Position numbers and translations under genes: made by a program. Below the pieces are notes generated by a model. The model was not told the DNA's origin and made no database searches. It saw only the letters and a program-made list of their open reading frames with translations. DNA of 63,840 bases, the filler included, from Pelomyxa schiedti (Eukaryota > Protista > Evosea): the NCBI GenBank assembly GCA_020536535.1. It is 8 parts of 8 records of this genome, joined end to end, with 100 filler letters (N's around TTAATTAATTAA, not from the genome) between each part and the next. Parts side by side here need not be neighbours in the genome. Positions count along the whole stretch, not along the records: positions 8,422 to 26,871 come from JAHLWZ010001118.1; positions 26,972 to 41,341 come from JAHLWZ010000204.1; 6 more parts are not named here. One strand, given 5' to 3'. Shown here in pieces: positions 26,282-35,231 of the stretch; within the stretch, counting starts at the first letter, position 1; every line of letters starts with the position of its first letter.

Positions 26282-26971
26282 AGGGTGTTTGTTCGCCAGT
26301 TTTGAGCGTTGAAATAGTGTTCCTTACGGACACCGCCTTTTGAAATGTGTGATTGAAAATTTTTTTTTTTTTTTTACTTTTATGTTTTTTGTCTTTTTTT
26401 TCATCCGTTTTGAAAGTGGGGTATTTGGGGGAAGCCGATTCGGGCAGTTGCCTTGGTCCTTTTTTTTCACAGATCCCAGATACCAGTTTGGTGGTCTAAC
26501 ACCTTGGGGGGATGTTGCGAACCACTTTCGAGGAAGAACAAGAGCGATTGCCAACAATTAAAAAACAAAACCACAACACTGGGATCTCTCAGGTGCAGAA
26601 CTTCTTCCATCAGAATCTGGCTGGGTAAATAGGTCTAGATGTTGAAACCCTGTGGTTGGAGGATTCAGTCCCATATCCAAAGTCTCCCTCATTGGAACCT
26701 CCCACTACTTGGTTGGGTTTTTTCCACACATACCCCAAGAAACACAATAGTACCACGTCATAATACCTCCGGTAGTAATAGGTTTAACATGGAAGGAAAT
26801 ACTTTTTTTTTACATTGACAGTGTTCCCACACAAGTGAGAACATTAAATACACGATGATTGGAGATAAATTNNNNNNNNNNNNNNNNNNNNNNNNNNNNN
26901 NNNNNNNNNNNNNNNTTAATTAATTAANNNNNNNNNNNNNNNNNNNNNNNNNNNNNNNNNNNNNNNNNNNN

Positions 26972-27140
26972 AATCATTGCATGTGGATACAGGCCAATGA
27001 CAGAGTTAAACAGGAAGTTATTGTCAGCAGCAAACACAACTGGAGCGCTCAAGGAAAGTCACATCATAGGTGATGCAAAGCAGGTCAAGAACGTAATGTA
27101 TGCAATATGGGATGCCTATGAAGTAGCCAGGTCAATATAA
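26972..27140 (+). CDS. Allelic copy of the oxidoreductase 3' end (partial)
   Basis: Near-identical to 29055-29223 (IIACGYRP...IGDAKQVKNVMYAIWDAYEVARSI*). Confidence 0.85.
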
Positions 27141-27474
27141 TAAAATAAAAATGCAAACATAGAACATAATCCTTGGGGAAAAAAGAATGCATTTACCTCG
27201 ACTTTCTAAAAAGCAAAGTAAAAAAAAGAAGAGTGTTGGCGTCGGGTGAACTTACCGGGGTCCACAATTTAGAATTCGAAGAAACTCCCTTCAGATCAAA
27301 TCAGCCCAGCAGGTGCCAGCAGCACATTGATCATTTTTATTGTTTTTCACAAAACAAGGAAGGATCACCCTAACTACGCACTCCAAGCGTTTGGTCTGTT
27401 TTCCCTTCGGAAGCATTCAAAAACTGCCTGTGACCGTTACTTATGGGTTCCGAAACTCCTGATTTCCCCTAAGT

Positions 27475-28211
27475 ATGAACGGGGTGATGTGCACGGCCAC
27501 TAGTTCTTTCGGGGTACCTGGTACTGTGGGACAGAAGGAACACAATTTGAGTATGGCTTTGCTGGCAGAGAGAGCGGGCCGATTTAACGGTGGCGCCCTG
27601 TTTGCCGTTGCTGGTTGTTTGGGTGCACTCAATATGGTCCTTTATTAGATATGGCGAGGTACATGAAAGTTGTTGCTGAAAACGCTGATGAGTTGAGTGA
27701 GGATGAGAGGCGTTTATTCTCTGTTGCCTATTCCAATGTCATTGGCTCATACAGAACACCTTGGAGGACACTTTCATCAGTAGAGCAAAAGGTGATGTGG
27801 GCACTGTGGAATCCTCTCCCCACAACTTATTCTTACAGGAAGATGACAGAGGGACACCCACAGATAATCTGAGGAGAGTAAGGGAATACCGGCAAAAGAT
27901 AGAGCAAGAAATGTCTGCAGTATGTGCGGAGGTTCTCACTATTTTAGATACCGTTCTCATCCCAAAGAGTACGACCATAGAGGGAAAAGTGTTCTACCTG
28001 AAAATGTATTTCTGTGCTCCTGTAACACCCTCACTCACAAATGCAGGAAGGGAGACTATTATAGGTACATTGCCAATAACAATACAACTGAAGGCCGGGA
28101 GTCAACTGCATGTGCCATGGAAGCATATAAGGCAGGGTCTGAACTTGCAAAAGGCCTTGCACCAAATCACCCAACGAGGTTGGGTCTGGCACTAAATTTC
28201 AGTGTGTTCTA
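27475..28211 (+). CDS. 14-3-3: 14-3-3 protein, second haplotype (partial, cut by gap)
   Basis: Differs from 31698-32434 by scattered SNPs only. Confidence 0.85.
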
Positions 28212-28311
28212 NNNNNNNNNNNNNNNNNNNNNNNNNNNNNNNNNNNNNNNNNNNNNNNNNNNNNNNNNNNNNNNNNNNNNNNNNNNNNNNNNNNNNNNNN
28301 NNNNNNNNNNN

Positions 28312-29223
28312 TAATATCCGATTGAGGTATCTTGTGCTGTCAACCCGGTATGTGGCCGAGAAGGCGAGTATGGAATAACCGCAGCTCCGATTCGAAAAAG
28401 AGTACTTGTAGTAGGCGGAGGTGTTGCCGGAATGGAGGCCGCTAGAGTCTGCGCTGAAAGAGGGCATACTGTTTCGCTCTATGAAAGAGGGGACAAGTTG
28501 GGCGGAGCTCTTATTCCCGGGTCTGTGCCGGACTTCAAGGCAGATGAAAGGGCCCTAATTAAGTGGTACGAGTTCCAACTGGAACAGCTCCACGTGGCGG
28601 TAACTCTGCGGACTGAGGTTACAGAGTCCCTCATTATAGCATCCCAGCCACAGGTTCTAATAATTGCCACCGGATCCTCCGCAATCGTTCCATCTGTGTT
28701 TGCTGACTCCCCGATTGCCATGAAGGCCTGCGATGCTCTCCTAGAACCCAGCCGGATCAAGTCAGATGCCTCAGTTCTCATAGTAGGAGGAGGCCTTGTA
28801 GGATGCGAAACCGCTCTATGGCTCGTTCAAAGCGGACATTCAGATGTAACCATAGTTGAGCAGGAGGCATCATTGCTCAAAATAGGGGGGCCACTTTGTC
28901 ACGCCAATAGGGACATGCTTCTGGACCTATTGCCACACCACAACGTGAAAGTTATGTTGTCCTCTACTGTTACAAAATCCCTACCTGATAACAGCGGATT
29001 CATCGTCAAGAACCTCACCAACGGAGAAGAATCCACACTGAAAGCACACACGGCAATCATTGCATGTGGATACAGGCCAATGACAGAGTTAAACAGGAAG
29101 TTATTGTCAGCAGCAAACACAACTGGAGCGCTCAAGGAAAGTCACATCATAGGTGATGCAAAGCAGGTCAAGAACATAATGTATGCAATATGGGATGCCT
29201 ATGAAGTAGCCAGGTCAATATAA
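28312..29223 (+). CDS. NADH:flavin oxidoreductase (Old Yellow Enzyme multidomain; 2-enoate/2,4-dienoyl-CoA reductase-like), C-terminal part, intronless
   Basis: SCAVNPVCGRE, RVLVVGGGVAGMEAARVCAERGH, LGGALIPGSVPDFK, IIATGS, LIVGGGLVGCETALWL, IGDAKQVKNIMYAIWDAYEVA; 5' part in gap. Confidence 0.9.
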
Positions 29224-29914
29224 TAAAATAAAAATGCAAAACATAGAACATAATCCTTGGGGAAAAAAGAATGCATTTACCTCGACTTTCTAAAAAGCAA
29301 AGTAAAAAAAGAAGAGTGTTGGCGTCGGGTGAACTTACCGGGGTCCACAATTTAGAATTCGAAGAAACTCCCTTCAGATCAAATCAGCCCAGCAGGTGCC
29401 AGCAACACATGAGAGACAACTCGATTCCGTGGCCGAGTTTCCGACAAAAAGCCTTTTAAGGGAACTTTAGCGAAAAATTGTTTTTTCTGCTTCACTTGTG
29501 GCCTAAATAACTCAGGAAATCGAGCAGATCCTCAGGAGAAAATCCTGGAGATCATTAAACACACTGTAAAGAAATGATTCTAGTGATAAAATATGTGGGG
29601 TGCACACCAGCAGCCTGCCAGAGGATCAGTCAACTTCTGTGAAGTAGTTTTTTGGAAAAATAAATCTGTTGGTGCCGGTGGTTGTGCACTGCGGTGCGGG
29701 TGTTTCGGCTGTAATTGTGCTTGGGAGTTCAAAGTCGTTGGAGTTTTTTTTTTTTTGATGGGCCGGGTACCTGTTATGCTCTTTTTTTGTCTAATTTTCG
29801 AAAATTTTTTTTTAATTGGTACCCCAGCCCCCTCGTAGAACTGTTGCCTCAAGGGCAAATATTAATGCTGGTAGACCAGTGCGATGGAAGGTTTTTTTTT
29901 TTTTTTTTTTTAAA

Positions 29915-29972
<58 letters not shown>

Positions 29973-30045
29973 ATCTCTTACATTGCACTAGGGTCACATT
30001 AAAAAAGGAACCATGCAAGAGGCACAGGTTTATTTTTTTTTTCGA

Positions 30046-30117
30046 ATATATATTCTTATTTGTGTATATATATTCTTATTTGTGTATATATATTGCGATT
30101 TGTGTATATATATTGCG
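30046..30117 (+). repeat. 20-bp tandem repeat (~3.6 copies) inside the TIR element
   Basis: atatatattcttatttgtgt x2, atatatattgcgatttgtgt, atatatattgcg. Confidence 0.9.
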
Positions 30118-31221
30118 CTAAAGGAGACGAAGGTGCAAAATGGAATTGCCCGTAATATTGTGGACCTCACTGAAGATATTACTGTAAATGAAGTTGACAC
30201 CAGAGTTGAAGGTAATTCTAAATAACTTATATAACTACAATGAACAAAATTAAATAGACCCTTCATTTGTGGCAGTTGAGCTGAGTACAGCAAGTGCTGA
30301 GGCAAATATAAACTTGTCACCCCACAAACACACCCCTATCTCGAAGCTTCTTCCCAGGTTGGTGCCTCATTACCAGTTCAGAACCTCTGAACCCAGAACA
30401 CCCAATTTCCATAAAACAAAGTTTTCAATTCCTCACTCCAAAATAAATTACCCTCAACAAACAAATAAATGGAGAATTGTCAAATGCTGCTTGCATGCAT
30501 TGCATAGTGTTGCCCATGACAATGTGGCACTATTGGCTTTACTGCATGACATGCAACACCAAATTGAAAGAGAAGTATTCTCTCATGTGGACATTTCACC
30601 TTCTCCACAAATCTCTGTTCAAGCCACACAAGTTCAAACACTTTTCAGCCAATTTCTCATAAAAACCTCAACAAGTTCAATTCACAAGTTTTTCTCCCAG
30701 GAACCAGAAGAAATAACAATTTCAGTTTCATTGTGAAGTAGAACACTTGCACAGTACCTCCAAGCATACTGGGGGCATATTGCGTTGTAAGCAATTACCT
30801 TCTGAGAAGTGTTTTCAAGTTGTTCCACTTCTTGTTGTGAAAGAAGCAGTTCATTTTGAACAAGAGACTGCAAGAAAACATACACAAGCAGCCAAAACGC
30901 AAGCAGATACATCTATGTTATTTTATTTATTTCAAGTTGGTCATACTGCCACTCTCTTTCCACGATTGACTGTATCATTAATGTCTTCATACTTGAATCA
31001 TGTTCATCTCTCCACTCAAGGGAAACAACCTCTACAATCGAATCACAGAGTATGCTATCTCCACTTACGGTGGATTTCCTATCCCACCAGGAAGAGAACC
31101 TCTCTCTGTCCTTCGTTCTTCCCAACAGACCCACCCAACACATAGCAACCCACCAAAAAGGAGAAGGACACAATGCCAATCCCAGTCGCTCTGATAAAGG
31201 TTTGGTTACCAAGAAAAATTT

Positions 31222-31293
31222 TGCCTACAGCAGAAATCGAACCGGGAACCCTTAGATTAAAATCCTCCGGTCTTCCCGCTCGGCTACAAAATC
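31222..31293 (-). pseudogene. tRNA-Lys(UUU)-like degenerate sequence
   Basis: 72 nt with tRNA spacing, A-box TAGCCGAGCGG, TTTTAATCT anticodon region and GGTTCGATT B-box; stems poorly paired. Confidence 0.55.
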
Positions 31294-31697
31294 TTCGGAT
31301 AAGGTTTTCGCTTTGATTCGACGGCATCAAACCTACAACTGAGATGGTCAAGAAAGGAGGGCGATCGTCTCAGGGATGTGTAGGGTATTTCCCGGTGTGT
31401 GCGCTCCGCCCACTGTTGCTTGTTGCTTGTAACTGTTGCGGGTGGTATTATTGCTACAATCTCCCCTTTTCGAAAAGGAAAAAAAAAGGTAAATCTAGAT
31501 CTATTTTTAGGTTTGTCAAACGCAGGCCGATCAATTGAGTTGTCTCTCATTGATCATTTTTATTGTTTTTCACAAAACAAGGAAGGATCACCCTAACTAC
31601 GCACTCCAAGCGTTTGGTCTGTTTTCCCTTCGGAAGCATTCAAAAACTGCCGGTGACCGTTACTTAGGGGTTCCGAAACTCCTGATTTCCCCTAAGT

Positions 31698-32725
31698 ATG
31701 AACGGGGTGATGTGCGCGGCAACCAGTTCTTTCGGGGTACCTGGTACTGTGGGACAGAAGGAACACAATTTGAGTATGGCTTTGCTGGCAGAGAGAGCGG
31801 GCCGATTTAACGGTGGCGCCCTGTTTGCCGTTTCTGGTTGTTTGGGTGCACTCAATATGGTCCTTTATTAGATATGGCGAGGTACATGAAAGCTGTTGCT
31901 GAAAACGCTGATGAGTTGAGTGAGGATGAGAGGCGTTTATTTTCTGTTGCCTATTCCAATGTCATTGGCTCATACAGAACACCTTGGAGGACACTTTCAT
32001 CAGTAGAGCAAAAGGTGATGTGGGCACTGTGGAATCCTCTCCCCACGACTTATTCTTACAGGAAGATGACAGAGGGACACCCACAGACAATCTGAGGAGA
32101 GTAAGGGAATACCGGCAGAAGATAGAGCAAGAAATGTCTGCAGTATGTGCGGAGGTTCTCACTATTTTAGATACCGTTCTCATCCCAAAGAGCACGACCA
32201 TAGAGGGAAAAGTGTTCTACCTGAAAATGTATTTCTGTGCTCCTGTAACACCCTCACTCACAAATGCAGGAAGGGAGACTATTATAGGTACATTGCCAAT
32301 AACAATACAACTAAAGGCCGGGAGTCAACTGCATGTGCCATGGAAGCATATAAGGCAGGGTCTGAACTTGCAAAAGGCCTTGCACCAAATCACCCAACGA
32401 GGTTGGGTCTGGCACTAAATTTCAGTGTGTTCTACTATGAAATCATGACGTATGCTCCCTCCCCTCCCAGTCTAGTTATATTCATTAAATCAACAGATCA
32501 TATGAGGATGCTTGCAGTGTTGCCCGAAGTGCCCTGAATGATGCAATTTTAGAACAGGAGCATTGTCCACCGTCTGAGAATAGAGACGGTTCTCTCATTA
32601 TGGGCCTCCTCAGGGATAATCTGTCATTATGGACAACAGAAATGGGTATTAAGGAATATCTTCGATTCCCCCTTGCTGAACCGTTTATTGTGATAGGTGA
32701 AGGTGCCGATGCCTGTGACCACTGA
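31698..32725 (+). CDS. 14-3-3: Divergent 14-3-3 protein, multi-exon
   Basis: [81 protein letters not shown]. Confidence 0.92.
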
Positions 32726-32929
32726 TGACTGCTGTTACATATCCAATACCATTGTTGTGCCCAAAGGCACTGGTGCATACAGTACAGTATGTTGTACATT
32801 TGTTGTATCATACACAAAGATATGCTTATGCACCAGTGGCCCAGGTTGTACACAATTAAGATGAGTCATTTTAAAAAAGTTTCGTGTGATGCAATATCTC
32901 ATCATTGATCTGTTTTTTCCAAGCAAGAG

Positions 32930-33905
32930 ATGTACCGAGGCGGTGGTGGCATTGCGTTGAAGCGCTTGTTGTCCGAGTACAAGAGTATGACGTTGATTGT
33001 TGGTTTTTCGAATTATGGGAGCGCACGTGCTCATCCGGGTTTTTTTTTTCCTTCACAGAGGTTACTGAGGACCCACCCCCAGGAGTAACTGCAGGCATGG
33101 GAGTCCAAGTGACGAAGACAAATTATTATTATTTCATCCATTGATTTGATTGATTGATTGTGCCTGCCACTCTTGGCTCCACTTTGTGAATTGACTGCCA
33201 TTTTTATTTTTCTGCAGGGCCGATTGATGAAGCGAACCTGTTTGTATGGGAAGCCCTTGTGATGTGCGTGCTTATTATGGGTTGGCTCTGGTTTGGTTTT
33301 TCTCACTAGTTTTGCAGGGGCCCGCCTGATACCTTGTACAGTGACGGCGTTTTCCGGGCTTTATTGACCTTCCCTCAGGATTATCCATTGAACCCGCCTA
33401 AGGTTTTTTGGAGTAATGTGTTACTTTTTTTTTTTTTAAGTATTAATACCCCGGCAGATGAAATTCACAACTCCCATGTGGCACCCAAACAGTGTGCTAA
33501 TTCTCGTTAATTTTTAATATTTTCTCTCGGCTGACAATATCCAGTCTACCCAAATGGTGAAGTATGTATCAGCATCCTTCACCCTCCCGGCGACGATCCC
33601 AATCACTATGAAACAAGTATTGAGAGGTGGACACCCGTGCAATCCGTGGAAAAGATCTTGCTCTCTGTAATCTCAATGCTCGCAGGTCTGTAATTCAAAC
33701 TCAGTTCAGTTCGTCGTCACTAAAAAGCCCATTTTCCACACAGACCCCAATGATGAGAGCCCAGCCAATCTCGATGCTGCGGTATGTAATAACAATAAAA
33801 GTTATAACAAAACCAACAACTACATAGATAATGTGGAGAAATGACCGAGATGCGTTTGCCAAAAAGGTTCAAAAGACCGTGGAACAAAGTCTTGGCCTGT
33901 CATGA
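32930..33905 (+). CDS. UBE2G2: Ubiquitin-conjugating enzyme E2, Ubc7/UBE2G type, multi-exon
   Basis: [76 protein letters not shown] (includes the Ubc7/Cdc34-type acidic-loop insertion). Confidence 0.93.
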
Positions 33906-34006
33906 TTCAAAAAAAATTAAAATACTCTATGCTATTCTCAAGTACAGATTTCTTCTTCGTGGAAGTTTCTTGGTATTTTTTTCGTCGTCGTTTGGGGGAT
34001 AGAGTG

Positions 34007-35163
34007 ATGGCGGCTAATAACGAGGAGTTGTCGGCCAAGGTCGTTGTCATTGGCAACTCGGGTACCCATCCCATAATCAAAAGAGCCCCGTTGAAAACAC
34101 CATTGAGTTTTCGCGATGTGTTTGTTTATTCAAGTGATTTTTGGAGACTGTGAGGTTAAAGGGGGAAAAGTGTTAAGATGCAATTAGGGTGTGGAAAGAC
34201 CAGTGTTAGTACCATGTATGTTAATGGGACATTTACTACTGAACATGCTATCACTATTGGTGCCTCTTTCATGCAGAAGATAGTGTGAGTTAAGAATTAA
34301 CCTTATGGCATTGGTTTGCGGTTTTCCCAAACCAACTAACAGTATGAAACTAATAGGCAAGTCGGAGTCGACACACTTAAACTGCAAGTAATCCCTCCCT
34401 TGTTCGTATTCAAGCAGTAATTACTTGTAGATTGTGTTATTCCCTTTTCTCCACCAAATATGATTTAATATGTCCAAGTGGGATACTGCCGGTCAGGAGA
34501 GATTCCGATCCCTTACGCCCATGTTGAAATTATCTCGCCACACATCCAAGCTTACAGACAGTTAGGTTTTACAGAGAATCGCAAGCAGCCATTATAGTTG
34601 TGAGTGAAATTTCGTATTATCTATATGACATCTCAAACCCGGTCAGTTTGATGTAACAGATAGGACTTCACTCTTCGAAGTTACCTCATGGCTTAACGGT
34701 ATTACTTTCTCTTTGTATTCGGTGGTAATGATATTTCATCAGAGCTGAAGCAAGCTTCCACTGATATATGTGAGTAAATACATGTCACCTTTCCCTTCCT
34801 TTTTTAGAAAAGTCATTCTACTCTCTAGATGTAGTCGTAGTTGGCAATAAAGTTGACATTTTACCCAGAGTAGTTACAACTGACGAGGGGCAACAATTTG
34901 TTAACTCATTACCACACAATCCCAAACCACTGTATTTTGAAACATCGGCCAAGACTGGTCAAGGTAAAACGACCTCTCTCATTCACCCTGTTCTTATTGT
35001 TATATTCTCAGGAATCTCTGTTCTTTTTGAAACTGTGGCTCGAAAAATAGTTGAGAGAACAAAAATGAATACACCCAACACCACAACAAATGGCCATGAC
35101 GGCTCTCTCCTCATCAAACCCACACCTGCAAATGATTCAAGTCCTGATGATGGGTGCTGTTGA
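34007..35163 (+). CDS. Rab GTPase, Rab5/21/22-like, multi-exon with a probable 3-nt microexon
   Basis: VVVIGNSGVGKTS, TIGASF, WDTAGQERFRSLTPMFYR, VVGNKVD, FETSAKTG, C-terminal GCC*. Confidence 0.92.
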
Positions 35164-35231
35164 ATGAATCCATGTTTATTTCAGAAAGGAAGAAAACAGA
35201 AAAAGTAAAGAAAATGGTGGTGTGTAAATTG

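Larger units (their letters stand above)
29411..31548. mobile_element. 2,138-bp TIR-bounded, probably non-autonomous DNA transposon; empty site present at 27326-27327
   Basis: Left end GAGAGACAACTCgATT, right end AATtGAGTTGTCTCTC, both flanked by AT. The second haplotype reads cacATtgatc with nothing between. Confidence 0.85.

Noticed and set aside
26324-26871. Possible gene end upstream of AP3D1
   Set aside because: Short ORFs with no recognisable motif next to a gap; cannot be supported.
29892-29966. Long poly-T tracts as a retrotransposon tail
   Set aside because: Internal to the TIR element with no separate target duplication or reverse-transcriptase remnant; similar homopolymers occur in introns (26207-26237).
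30110-31255. Transposase or host gene inside the TIR element
   Set aside because: Only short ORFs in several frames; no DDE triad or recognisable family by eye. Left unannotated pending HMM search.
34624-34641. TATGACATCTCAAACCCG (YDISNP) as a Rab exon flanked by non-canonical ~24-nt introns
   Set aside because: A single canonical intron (gtgagt...ggtcag) yields AAIIV-FDVTDRTSLF, which fits Rab consensus; the match is coincidental.
11667-35163. Functional clustering of trafficking and ubiquitin genes (RabGGT, AP-3, Rab, E2, glomulin)
   Set aside because: Such genes are abundant in amoebae; there is no shared orientation or regulatory evidence, and the region spans scaffold gaps.
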